DNA of 64,000 nt from Octopus sinensis (GCF_006345805.1 NC_043019.1:26535360-26599359); one strand, 5' to 3'. Positions 25,040 through 37,650 are shown, counted from the stretch's first letter. Notes: generated by a model from the letters alone, not told the origin. Made by a program: numbers and translations.

Positions 25040-26365
25040 AGCGGCACTTGCTTCAGCAACCGCTCCACTTTGTGGGGTTCATTTCTCAGATGGGCCGCAG
25101 TGAGCGGCACTTGCTTCAGCAACCGCTCCACTTTGTGGGGTTCATTTCTCAGATGGGCCGCAGTGAGCGGCACTTGCTTCAGCAACCGCTCCACTTTGGG
25201 GTTCATTTCTCAGATGGGCCGCAGTGAGCGGCACTTGCTTCAGCAACCGCTCCACTCCACTTGTGGGGTTCATTTCTCAGATGGGCCGCAGTGAGCGGCA
25301 CTTGCTTCAGCAACCGCTCCACTTTGTGGGGTTCATTCTCAGATGGGCCGCAGTGAGCGGCACTTGCTTCAGCAACCGCTCCACTTTGTGGGGTTCATTT
25401 CTCAGATGGGCCGCAGTGAGCGGCACTTGCTTCAGCAACCGCTCCACTTTGTGGGGTTCATTTCTCAGATGGGCCGCAGTGAGCGGCACTTGCTTCAGCA
25501 ACCGCTCCACTTTGTGGGGTTCATTTCTCAGATGGCCGCAGTGAGCGCACTTGCTTCAGCAACCCTCCACTTTGTGGGGTTCATTTCTCAGATGGGCCGC
25601 AGTGAGCGGCACTTGCTTCAGCAACCGCTCCACTTTGTGGGGTTCATTTCTCAGAGGGCCGCAGTGAGCGGCACTTGCTTCAGCAACCGCTCCACTTTGT
25701 GGGGTTCATTTCTCAGATGGGCCGCAGTGAGCGGCACTTGCTTCAGCAACCGCTCCACTTTGTGGGGTTCATTTCTCAGATGGGCCGCAGTGAGCGGCAC
25801 TTGCTTCAGCAACCGCTCCACTTTGTGGGGTTCATTTCTCAGATGGGCCGCAGTGAGCGGCACTTGCTTCAGCAACCGCTCCACTTTGTGGGGTTCATTT
25901 CTCAGATGGGCCGCAGTGAGCGGCACTTGCTTCAGCAACCGCTCCACTTTGGTGGGGTTCATTTCTCATTTCTCAGATGGCCGCAGTGAGCGCACTTGCT
26001 TCAGCAACCGCTCCACTTTGTGGGGTTCATTTCTCAGATGGCCGCAGTGAGCGGCACTTGCTTCAGCAACCGCTCCACTTTGCGGGGCTCATTTCTCAGA
26101 TGGGCCGCAGTGAGCGGCACTTGCTTCAGCAACCGCTCCACTTTGTGGGGCTCATTTCTCAGATGGGCCGCAGTGAGCGGCACTTGCTTCAGCAACCGCT
26201 CCACTTTGTGGGGTTCATTTCTCAGATGGGCCGCAGTGAGCCGCACTTGCTTCAGCAACCGCTCCACTTTGTGGGGTTCATTTCTCAGATGGGCCGCAGT
26301 GAGCGGTACTTGCTTCAGCAACCGCTCCACTTTGCGGGGCTCATTTCTCAGATGGGCCGCAGTGA
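25040..26365. repeat. GC-rich 63-bp minisatellite, about 21 units
   Basis: Unit GCAGTGAGCGGCACTTGCTTCAGCAACCGCTCCACTTTGTGGGGTTCATTTCTCAGATGGGCC. The 21-aa periodicity in the ORF track confirms 63 bp. No spacers. Confidence 0.97.
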
Positions 26366-27040
26366 TCTCGACTTTGCTGAGAAAATCAGTAGTGCGGGGC
26401 GTTCAAGAACACCCGAGGTCTCGATGGCGACTGGCACAAACTGACAGCGGCCGATTTCGAGCTAACTTTCAGCACGTTTTCGAGCTCACCTTCTTGCTAC
26501 CCGCTTGCTCACCAGTTCCGACTTTTATGAGACCCGCAATGGAGCTGAGGAAATATAAACCGTGTCACGTTTATGCATAATGTTTAAGTAAGCAAAAAGC
26601 CTTCAGTTTGTTTGCCAAGTCAGTGTTTTCTTTCGTTCATGGCTACAAGTATGTTTGTTTGTGTGTGCGGTGGCCAGTGTAGTATACGTGAATATAAATA
26701 TATTATTCCGTTTGTGCGTTGATGAATCAATGTACAGGAAAGGGTCGTATGTTACGTAGAACTTTTAAGATTAAGATAAACACATTGACAAAGAAGCAAG
26801 AACATGCATTCATGACCGAAATTTCTTTGCTATTTCAAATGCGATCATTAATATTTATACAAGGTGGGCCGTTTGTGACAAAATTGTTTAAAAGATTCAG
26901 CAACCCTCTTCTTTCCCTTTTCCTTTCTTGAAAATAGAAAAGATCCTTTGAATCTGCTGGGCACATCCCACTCCGTACTGGTTTATATGCTTCAAGTGTG
27001 TATATTTCTACGCATTGTGTTTACGTACATTTCAGTACCG

Positions 27041-27415
<375 letters not shown>

Positions 27416-28013
27416 GTAATGGTGTTTTTATTACCGTCAAGTGCAGAAAGTGTATTAACGAAATTCAAAGACCATTGGACAAAAGGCTTACAGAAATATG
27501 TGAGATAAGTTATACAAAGACGATGTGGTAGAGTTTAAAGACGTCACGCACGCACAAGCACCCACACACAGACACACACAAGCACCCACACACAGGATGA
27601 ATTTATAAAAAACACACAAATTTTTACATTTAATATATGATACATACGTGTATAATAAAACAAGCAACTGCTGTTATGTAAGAAAATATTTACCTTTTTT
27701 TTTCGTACTCTTGGGCGCTAAGTGCTATTTTCTGAGAACATACGACAAATCTATTGGAAAGCGGTTATTATCCATTTTAAACTTTGCTTTTGTGACTTCA
27801 GTAATGAGATTTTGAAGTTCACCTGTTTTTCCACAACATTTCCGATAAATTCGGTAACGAGTAGCTGAGAGAAGATTTCCTCGAAGTTTACCAGAATTTC
27901 TAAGAACTTTCCATTGTTACAAACAGTACCACAAATACAGGGACCCGAAGCTCGTCAGTTCTGTTTAGTTCTCGCTACCTAAAGTGGATAGCTCTGCTAC
28001 CGTTTATCAGAGA

Positions 28014-29885
28014 CTAGCAGAGATACCCGGCGTTGCCCGGTTACATTCAATAGAAGAATTAGACTTTTCTGTTATATATATATATGGATACACACACACA
28101 CACACACACACACATACAAATATATGTATATTAATATAAATACACGAAAGTACATGAAGTTTGTTAAAAAAAAGGGGATCATGTATATACCTCCTGGCTG
28201 TTGAGATTATAACACCTCGTTGTAAACAATGTTCCTTGTTTTTCCTTGTGGAGCATATACAAAAAGGTTTCTTTTGGTTCCTACTCTTGAGCAGCCAACA
28301 TACAGTTGCCTATGCGAGAAGCAGGGCTCTTCCAAGAGAAGACCAGCTACAGAGAGGGTTTGACCCTGAGATTTGTTAATGGACATGGCAAAGCTGACAC
28401 GAAGGGGGAATTACAGTCTTCTTAATGTAAATGGAATTTCTGCTCCTGATGGAGTAAGAGGAAATCTTGGAATAAAGACGTCATCACCTTTTCCACATCT
28501 AGAAAGAATGATCGCCTCGATAACGTGTAATATCATTTTCTTTATCACCAGTCGTGTTCCATTGCAAAGTCTTGGTGGTTCCAGATTGCGGAGTAGCATT
28601 ACAGGAGTTCCAACTTTAAGTGGTAATATGTGTGGAGGTAGTCGAGGAGGGCTCCAGTGAATTGAGAAATTCAGGAGGATAGTTCACAACTTCATTTATA
28701 TCTGGAATTGTATCAACAGACTTGTAAGTGTGTATAGTGCCGGGAAGAGAATGCATTAGCTGTTGATTAATTTTGTTAACAACGACGTTTTTTGGAGCTA
28801 ATATTGCTCTTTCACACAGCCAATTGTGATTTTGGTAGTTTTGTGTGAAGTTGGGAAAGACTTTGTTTTTGAGGTCATCTACAGAATTAACAACAGAGGA
28901 AAATGACCACACTTCCATTTGTCCTGCAGCATCGAGAGGCATCTTGCCTTCACCAAGTGTCAAAATGTCCTGTGCAAACTTTGTGGACATTTTGTCGCCG
29001 TGTAGCTGAGCTCTCATGTTAGTGGTGAGACTAAAGATTGTAACATGATGCCACAGGGTAGAGGACTTTAGGCATGCTTGAACTTCATCAGCTCTAGTGC
29101 CTTTCGGAATGACAGGAAGAGTTTGCCTGAAATCACCTGACAACAGAAGCGCTACACCTCCCATTGGAGCCTGACAGTCTCGGATGTCATTCAGGGCTCT
29201 ATCTAATGCTTCCAAAGCTCCCTTGTGAGCCATAGTGCACTCATCCCAGACAATTAAATAACACATTTTAAGTACTTGTCCCTGATCTGAGCTTTTGTTG
29301 ATGTTGCATGAAGGCATTTCGGATGCTGCTAAATTGAGAGGGAGTTTAAAAGTTGAGTGTGCTGTCCTGCCACCGGGTAACAAAGTAGCTGCAATGCCAG
29401 AAGAGGCTACAGCTACTGCAATGTCCTGATGCTACCTAACTTCTGCAAGGAGAAGCTTTGTAATAAATGCTTTTCCTGTCCCTCCAGGAGCATCGAGGAA
29501 GAAAATTCGTCCCTCGCGTTGGCGTACACTGTTAAGAATAGTTCTGTAGGCCTGCAGCTGGTCCGGAAGTAATTTAGGCTCATTTTCAACAATGTACTTT
29601 GAAAGCGCTTGAGTGTCGTAGGTTGTTTCACGAATGACAGCAGTGGGAAGGCTATATGACCCTGACCTGAATGCTTGTGGCAGGCCATACGTCGACAATT
29701 CATTTCCACCCAGTTTAGCAATTCTGTCTTCAACGTCAATGAGTGTTTTGTTATAGATTTCATTGCTGATACCCTCCATGTCAGGATAGAGCAGTTGAGC
29801 TTGGCGCTGAAGGGGACAATGTTTTTGAGATTCCGGTTCGAATGTAAGGCAGGTTTGAAAGTGTTCCCAACAATTATTAGTTGTA
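28014..29885 (-). mobile_element. Helitron RepHel remnant 2: PIF1 helicase C-terminal half with intact 3' terminus
   Basis: FFLDAPGGTGK, SGIAATLLPGGRTAHSTFKLP, IVWDEC, LLSGDFRQTLPV, LCNGTRL, ..IVYNEVL* (stop ~28210). The 3' end reads CCGGGCAACGCCGGGTATCTCTG-CTAG|T on the - strand. Confidence 0.92.
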
Positions 29886-30810
29886 GTGGTAGAGTGTTTA
29901 TGCCGAATATGTACGTATGCATGTATATATATGGATGTATGCCTGTAAATATGTACAAAATCCACTGAGAAGGCTTTTGTTGGTCTGAAGCTACAGCAGA
30001 AGACACATGCCAAGTCATCACACAGTGGGACTGAACTCAGGACCATGTGTTTGGAACGTAGTTTGTTACCACACAGCCACACCTGCCCCTATGTATGTGT
30101 GTGTGTGTGCGCGTATGTGTGTATGGGTAGATATATTATGCATGTATATATGTGTGAGTGGATTTGGTAGACGTATATATGTATATATATGTGTATGTGT
30201 GTGTATATGTTTGTGTGTCTGTGTTTGCCCCTACAACATCGCTTGACAACCGATGCTGGTGTGTTTACCCCCCCCCCCGTAACTTAGCGGTTCGGCAAAA
30301 GAGACGGATTGTATAAATACTAGGCTTACAAAGAATAAGTCCTGGGGTCGATTTGCTCGACTAAAGTCGGTGCTCCAGCATGGCCGCAGTCAAATGACTG
30401 AAACAAGTAAAAGAGTAAAGAGTAACCAGACAAAAAATAAACAACTATGCGATACGGAAAGTTAACATATAAATATGGAATAAATTTAATTCAAGATGAG
30501 GCAATTAGTGGACGGATAATGGGCAGAGACGAAAGCAAACAGGACGGCTGTGGGCAGGAGAAGAAACTGGAATGAATAAACAAACAAAATAAGGCTTTAG
30601 GACCGGCCGGATAGCAGATGGAAAATAGTCAGCCAAAGGTGAATGGAGAGGGAGACGAGAGAAAATGATGCAACCGTCAGGAAGTCGGCGTGAAAAGGAA
30701 GAAGATAAGACGATGACTACAGGTCACATTTCTGTAGGAGAAAGGATGACAAGTTTTATTTCTTCAAATAAAATATTTGAACCAAGAAAAAAAAAAAAGA
30801 GAAAAAAAAA

Positions 30811-30866
30811 TTCACTGACAAATCTTCGTGCTGCATCATGATGCAGCACGAAGCTTTGTCAGTGAA
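30811..30866. repeat. 56-bp near-perfect palindrome
   Basis: TTCACTGACAAATCTTCGTGCTGCATCA|TGATGCAGCACGAAGCTTTGTCAGTGAA, one mismatched pair. Confidence 0.95.
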
Positions 30867-31089
30867 CAGGTCGCGGTCTCAAAGCGACGAAAATATTTTG
30901 ACAAATTAAATTTAAATGTTGAAGTGAATCTAGCGGTTTTGTGTGTTTCTTAAATGGCTTATAAACACCTTCCACACAGCAAGTGTTTTATATATATATA
31001 GGGAGAGTTTACGAAAATAAACAAAAGACGAAGGCAGGTGGAGTACAAACAAACAAATGTATTAGTATAGCGCTCAGGAATAGAAAAAG

Positions 31090-31127
31090 TATTTTACGTT
31101 TCGAGCCTACGCTCTTCGACAGAAAGA
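31090..31127 (-). ncRNA. Minimal hammerhead-like motif, GAGC/GCTC family, copy 1
   Basis: rc: TCTTT CTGTCGA A GAGC-GTAG-GCTC GAAAC GT A AAATA. Variant core (A6 replaced). Confidence 0.45.
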
Positions 31128-31224
31128 TACACAGAAAAAACAAGGAGAGAAACAAGGAGAAAAAAAATTTATGTAATATATGAGAAAAATACGAAAAAAA
31201 TAAAGTGAAAACGAAAGGGACATA

Positions 31225-31286
<62 letters not shown>

Positions 31287-32433
31287 GTACGTACGTATGT
31301 ATGTATGTATGTATGTATGTATGTATATACATACTCACACACACACACAAAAAGAGATAAATTGATAGATACAACTAAGTGGGCAAAGAAAAATATGAGA
31401 CACTGCCTAGTGCTTTTTTTATGTTGATAAGCCTGGTACTTATTCTATCAGTTTCTTTTTGTCAAACCTGTAAGTAATGGGGATGTAAATAAACGAACAT
31501 CAGTTGTGAAGCAGTGATGACGGCGAAACACAGTGACAAAGACACACACATACACTTACATATATACATACATATAAATACGATTGATTTCATTCAGTTT
31601 CTGTCTATGAAATCCATATATATACACACACACATAATTTATAATATCGGGGTAATAAAGATTTTAGAAATTTTTACTACCAGTGGCCTAGCTTATAGAA
31701 AAATTAGTCAATAGACTATATATTATTCATATAAAATACAGTGTACATTTAAACACATTAAGAGGTTTCCATCATAGGAATCCTTTACGCTAGAAAGAAC
31801 AGCTAAAGTCCAAACCACTAATTAGGGATAAATTCTCGAATGGAATAAAAATATTTTTTCATTCCCATTATTTTCCATTCTCTTCGAGTATTTATCCCTA
31901 ATTAGAGCTACCCATATAAAAAAAAAAGAACAGCGTCCGGAAAATTCACCGTAAACATTTTTGCCGTGAGAAAATTTGCAGTAGGAAAAATCCGCCCCAC
32001 GGACAATAATAAAGTGTATTATATCAGCATTTTTAAAAAAGGAAAGAAAAACGAAAAAAAAAAAAATGATAAAAACATCAAATAGGCAAATCTTTATTCA
32101 ATGTCAAATATTAGAAAAAAATGTGATGAGGTCATTTAATACGTATGGGAATTCCAAGCAAAGCTGCGCAAATAGTGTACTTTTTGCTGCAGATTGTGTA
32201 GGAGTATTTGTGTTTAAATTCTTGCATTAATCTCGCTATAATTTTTTCTCGGTACTTTTTGGTTACCTCCCCTAATTAAAACAAAGTTGTTTAACCCTAA
32301 ATAAAACAAAAAAATGAAAAAAAATTAATAAATATGAAAACGGAAAAAATTAAACATCCTACTGAATCTAATAACACAGTTCCATATTTAAGAGATGAGG
32401 AATTATGTACATTATTTACATTTGTTTGTTGTT

Positions 32434-32479
32434 AACACAACGTTTCGGCTGATATACCCTCCAGCCTTCATCAGGTGCC
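32434..32479 (-). ncRNA. Minimal hammerhead ribozyme in the 3' terminal region of a Penelope-like element
   Basis: rc: GGCAC CTGATGA A GGCTG-GAGGGTATAT-CAGCC GAAAC GT T GTGTT. Helix I GGCAC/GTGTT, loopless palindromic helix III ACGT, GUU triplet. Confidence 0.7.
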
Positions 32480-32544
32480 TTGGGGAAATTTCGAACATTG
32501 GGCTCTCATTCCTAAGGTATTTTTCGATGTTGTTATTATTATTC

Positions 32545-32616
32545 AGGTCACTGCCTGGAATCGAACTCGGAATCTTGGGGTTAGTAGCCCGCGCTCTTAA
32601 CCACTACACCATAGGT
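32545..32616 (-). other. tRNA-like segment (Pol III A- and B-box) upstream of the hammerhead
   Basis: rc: TGGTGTAGTGGTT (A box) ..GGG-CTACTAA-CCC (anticodon-like arm).. GAGTTCGATTCC (B box). No intact acceptor stem, so not called a tRNA gene. Confidence 0.65.
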
Positions 32617-32639
32617 AATTATGGAGTGAATTTTAAGGA

Positions 32640-33745
32640 TTATAAATCTAATATTTTCTTATCCTTCCTTAATACCGGTTCCCATATGCTACTCATATCT
32701 GCACTCGGTCTGCTTAGGAGGTTGTTGTGTCCTAGCATATGTGTTGCTTCTTTTAGTTTTCGTAATTTCCATTGGTGTTCTCTGTCTATTATTTTAACTT
32801 CATCCCACAGGGGGAGGTGGTCTCCATTTTTCCATACATGATCAGCTATACCCGATTTATCAATATCTCCTCTTGTCACAGCTTCGCGATTTTCCTCTAC
32901 TCTTATTTTGAGGGGGCGGCATGTTTCGTCTTTGTATAACCTACTACAGCTGCATGGGATGGAATACACGCAGTTTTTTTGGTCACATTCACTTCTATTT
33001 GTGGCTTTACTCGAAGGAGATATTTGAGAAGTGTTGCATTACTCTTGAATTCTGTTCTGATGTCATATCGGCCGCATATCTTTTGTATCTTTTCGGAGAG
33101 GCCTTTCACACAGGGTAGACAGATTGCGGACAGTTTATTGGTTTCGTCCTCTCTTTTCTTCATAATTGGAGTGGATAGTATGTTTTTGGGGGTAGTTGTT
33201 GCTTAATAGGTTCTTACAGGGCTTGATCATTTCTTCGTGGTGGGTATCACGATTGCTACTTATATTCTTTGCTCGATGTTTTAGACACTGAGAAATCACT
33301 GGGAACTGAAGTTGAGGTGGCGTCCAGGGAAGGTCGGCTTGCAGTATACGGATGTCCTGTGCGTGTTATTAATACGTCCAGGAATGCTAGCTGATTGTCT
33401 TTTCCTTTTCCATTGTGAACTGCATTGTGAAATGCCTTTATTGAGTTCATGTGATCTAACAGCACTTGGACATCTTCCTGGTGGGACCAGAGTATAAAGG
33501 TGTCATCAACATATCACAGCCACAGGGTTGATTCACAATGGAAAAGGAAAAAGACAATCAGCTAGCATTCCTCAATGTATTAATAACACGCACCAAGTAT
33601 GGATTCAGGACATCCGTATACCGCAAGTCAACCCTTACTGGACGATACCTCAACTTCAATTCCCACCATCCATACAGTGTAAAAAAAGAGATTGCTCAGT
33701 GCCTAAAACATCGAGCAAAAAATATAAGTAGCGATCGTGATACAC
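32640..33745 (-). mobile_element. Penelope-like retroelement remnant (RT C-terminus + GIY-YIG) with an inverted 5' duplication
   Basis: YVDDTF at 33513-33496 (-), NQLAFLDVLITR, ICLPCVKGLSEKIQK, YSIPCSCSRLYKDETCRPLKIRVEE..IADHVW..RKLKEA. A + strand duplicate of the thumb region lies at ~33530-33745. Confidence 0.88.
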
Positions 33746-34064
33746 ACCAGCGAAGCCTTGTGAGTGGATTTGGTGAACGGAAACTGAAAGAAGCCCGTTT
33801 GTCCCCACCACCATCGCTTGACAACCGATGTTGGTGTGCTTACGTCCCCGTAACTTAGCGGTTCGGCAAAAGAGACCGATAGAATAAGTACTAGGCTTAC
33901 AAAGAATAAGTCCTGGGGTCGATTTATTCGACTTAAGGCTGTGCTCCAGCATGGCCGCAGTCAAATGACTGAAACAAATAAAAGAAAAAATAACCAACTA
34001 TTTGTGTTTGGTTTTCTTTTGTTTTTTTTTTGTTGTTGTTTTCTAAAAAATACGACTAACAATA

Positions 34065-34910
34065 TTTATCGCAAAATTGTGGCTATCGGTTTCAAGTTGC
34101 GCTGTCAAACAGAAGTAGAATTTCACAACAAAATCCAATGCTTCACTGCATTAGTATGTCTTACAACAGAAGGCGAAGATGTTATTGAAGATGGAGTTGT
34201 TTTATTGACTGGCGACGATGATTTGCTCCGAGAATTTGCATCGTATTTTGAAACTCACTGTTTCGAAGGTGAACGAGGTCGAAGCTCGTGAAGGCGAAGA
34301 ATGGAGCCAACATTTCCTATAGAATTAGTCTTTTATTCTCTCACTTGTTTCAGTCATTTGACTGCGGCCATTCTGGAGCACCGCCTGGAAGGGTTTTAAT
34401 CGAACAAATCAACCTCAGGACTTCTTTAAGCCTAGTACTTATTCGATCGGTCTCTCTTTGCTGAACCGTTAACTCACGGAGACATAAACACACTGACACC
34501 GGTTGTCAATCGGCGATGGAGTACACACACACACACACACACACACACGACGGACTTCTTTCAGTTTTCGTCGACCAAATCCACTCACAAGGCTTTGGTC
34601 GGCCCGAAGCTATAGAAGACACTTGCTCAAAGTGCCACTCAGTGGGACTGAACCCGGAACCAGCTTCTTACCACTCAGCCACACCTGCGCCTATGTGGAA
34701 TATTTTCGAAAGTGCTCATGACGAATATGAGCTCTTCCCAATGCAATAAATACAATGATCCATCAGTAACATGCATTCAGATATCCGGAAACTCATGACG
34801 TATTTGAAAAAGGAAGAGAGTATAGCGCAAAAGAAAAAAATCGTATGATTTAAATCGAGGAGATGCAGCAGAAATAAAGAAAAAGCATAAAGATGTTAAT
34901 TAATGCTGTA
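34065..34910 (+). pseudogene. Mutator-like (MULE) transposase remnant split by a SINE
   Basis: IYRKIVAIG..FASYFETHCFEG..PTFPIE|LWNIF..HSDIRKLMTYLKKEE. The SINE occupies ~34325-34693. Confidence 0.6.
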
Positions 34911-35217
34911 TTTCAGAGACAAATCCTTTGATACAATCCGAAGCAAAATGTATGCTATTTACGCAGCATTGCTTCGAATTTTTATACGTGTTAAATGGAG
35001 CTCATCGCGTTTTTTTTTTTATGTTTGACATTGAATAAAGTCTTGCTTTTTTAGAAGGTTCAGTGGAAATAAACAACGAGAGAAAATAGCAAAAAAAGGT
35101 TTAGTGGCAAATGCCGGACAGAGGTGGGCAGACAGGAGAGCTAGGAAGAACGGGAGATAATAAAGTAGTGGTGATCCCAAAACGTAGGTGCGCGTGCATG
35201 TGTATATGAGAGCGTAT

Positions 35218-36066
35218 GTCGTTGCTAAGCTCCTGCAACCCCCGCGGTCGCAGAGGGCTTACGCGGTTGGAGGGCCCCATGTAAAGATCAAAGTACGTTG
35301 ATGACTCATCTATTTACTTTGGTTAAGATGTTGAACAAGAATTAAGCTATCCGTGTTGACTGAAAATTTCAAGAAATAAAATAGTGATGCAGTGTACCTG
35401 CCAAAGTTCTCGTAAAAATATTACATTGTACTACGAACGTATACCAGACTTTGTGGATTGTCTGTGATATCTGTTGAACACGAACTTTGCTCTCAGCTTG
35501 ATTGAAGTGATCAGTGATTTCGCGAAGCGGAAAATGCGCCGTGTTTGTCTTTGAAAGTTGCCTGGATTATAAAAGTGCTCTTTTAGGATCTTTTCGGTTT
35601 GACCGGCAGTTTTTAAAAATAATTTCCACGTAACTAAACACTTTTAAACTTCGTATACTGGTAGAATGTGTTTATAAAACATCTTTTTCTCTTGGCTTTA
35701 TTGAGAAAATTCTATAGTTTGTAAGATATTTATTGTTTTTTTTTTCTTCAATTCCTGCAATTTCAACCAATCAATGACGTCTATTGAGGTGAAAAAAAAA
35801 TTCTGTGCCGTATGAATGTGTCCCTCGTTTAAGAAACAGATTGGGTTTATTTACATTTGTGAAGAAAAAAAAGATACCCTTCCCCCACCCCTAACCCTAA
35901 AACAGATTGAAATGCAATACGTCGATACTAGGATCATAATTGTGGGTGACAATTTCATATGACACCGCTAGAAAAAACTGCCGTTCAAACCGAAAAGATC
36001 CCTCTTTTATTCATATCTGGATGTTTTGCTTAATGGAATTTGTAAATAAATTTAACTTGTACTATT
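35218..36066 (+). repeat. Dispersed repeat (copy 1), interrupted by the MITE at 35586-36001
   Basis: Reverse complement of 39241-39670. Confidence 0.85.
35586..36001. mobile_element. Merlin-like MITE with an 8-bp TSD
   Basis: TIR GGATCTTTTCGG.. / ..CCGAAAAGATCC. CTCTTTTA is duplicated at 35578-35585 and 36002-36009, and is single in the uninterrupted paralog. Confidence 0.85.
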
Positions 36067-37199
36067 GTAAATATTTGTACATAAATTTAACTTGTACTAT
36101 GACATGGTAGCGTTTGTAATATTTCTGCAAACTATTCGCTACTCCTGTTGCTCTCTGCTTTCTACTCTCTTCCTTCCTGGTTGGTATACCCCTTTACGTC
36201 ACAGATGAAAGCAACTTGCTGTAAGAATTTCTGACCTTGACGTCCAATCAAACTCTGTAATTGTCTTCTTCCTCTTCATATATAATTGGGTGGGATTTGA
36301 TCTCAAAAGTTTGCTTTATCATGGGATAAATCAATCGATCAGTCAATCGATTGTTCTATCAATCAAACAGCCGAGCTATTGGTCAATCGGCCATACGACC
36401 AAACTAACAGCCAAAGAATCGATCAATCAAACAATTGATTATTCAACAAATCAACCAACCAATCAATCAATCAATTAATCATTCCGACGAGGCTTGACTT
36501 GGAGCTAGAACTTCTCTCCTCTCAACTCATCTCATAAACCAACATTCTCTTCAGTTACAATGCCACAACACCGTCCTCTTCTCTTTCTTCTTCTTCCAAT
36601 CAGGACTCATGCCATTAGCCACAAAGAATTATGTCTAATTCGAGCCTACTCTAAGCTACTAAGAATGCATGTGGCAACTTGAAGATCCACCTACCACACG
36701 CAATAGACTGGCGGTTGCACGGGCGCGAAAGCTACGGTGTTATCCTCATTCCGTAAACAGTGGCTTTTTTAACGGGTGGAGAGCGGAACCATCCTGGGGT
36801 ACAGAGGATTCGCAATCTAGACTAGGGTCTGAAAGTTTTACCGCACCATAGTAGGTTACACCATGGTTCCTCTGCTTTGTGGCAGAAGTAGGAAGAAAGA
36901 GTGAAAGTTGTGGCGAAAGAGTACAGCGGGGTTCACCACCCCTCCCCGCCGGAGCCTCGTGGAGCTTAGGTGTTTTTGCTCAATAAACACTCACAATGCT
37001 CGGTCTAGGGATCGAAACCGCGTTCTTACGACCGCGAGTCCGCTGCCCTAAACACTGGGCCATTGCGTCTCCACTGTAATTGTTGTTGTACATGTCCCCA
37101 TTTAGTTTCTTTTAAATTCTGTTTTAAGTTGTCCATGCTCAGACACACACACTTTCTGTAATCTGGCCACACGAATTTCTTTACCATTCTAAGACATCA

Positions 37200-37286
37200 T
37201 ATCTATCTATCTATCTACCTTATCTATCTATCTATCTACCTACCTACCCACCTATGTATGTATGTGTCTGTATGTATATCTGTCTG

Positions 37287-37334
<48 letters not shown>

Positions 37335-37495
37335 CCTATCTATCTATCTATCTATCTATCTACCTACCCACCTATGTATGTATGTGTCTGTATGTCTGTC
37401 TATCTATCTACCTATCTATCTATCTATCTACCTACCCACCTATGTATGTATGTATGTGTCTGTATGTCTGTCTGTCTATCTATCTATCTACCTAC

Positions 37496-37526
<31 letters not shown>

Positions 37527-37650
37527 CCTACCCACCTATGTATGTATGTGTCTGTATGTCTGTCTGTCTATCTATCTATCTACCTACCTATCTATCTATC
37601 TATCTATCTTTCTACCTACCTATCTATCTATCTATCTTTCTATCTATGTA
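37200..37650. repeat. Compound (TCTA)/(TATG)/(TCTG) microsatellite with higher-order periodicity
   Basis: The anchor CTACCTACCCACCTATGTATG recurs four times. Confidence 0.85.

Noticed and set aside
25040-26365. CRISPR array or repeat-protein gene
   Set aside because: Units are contiguous with no unique spacers and no cas genes are present. The ORFs in several frames arise because the unit is 63 bp and stop-poor.
32545-32616. Functional tRNA gene
   Set aside because: Acceptor and T stems do not pair properly. This and the SINE heads are tRNA-derived only.
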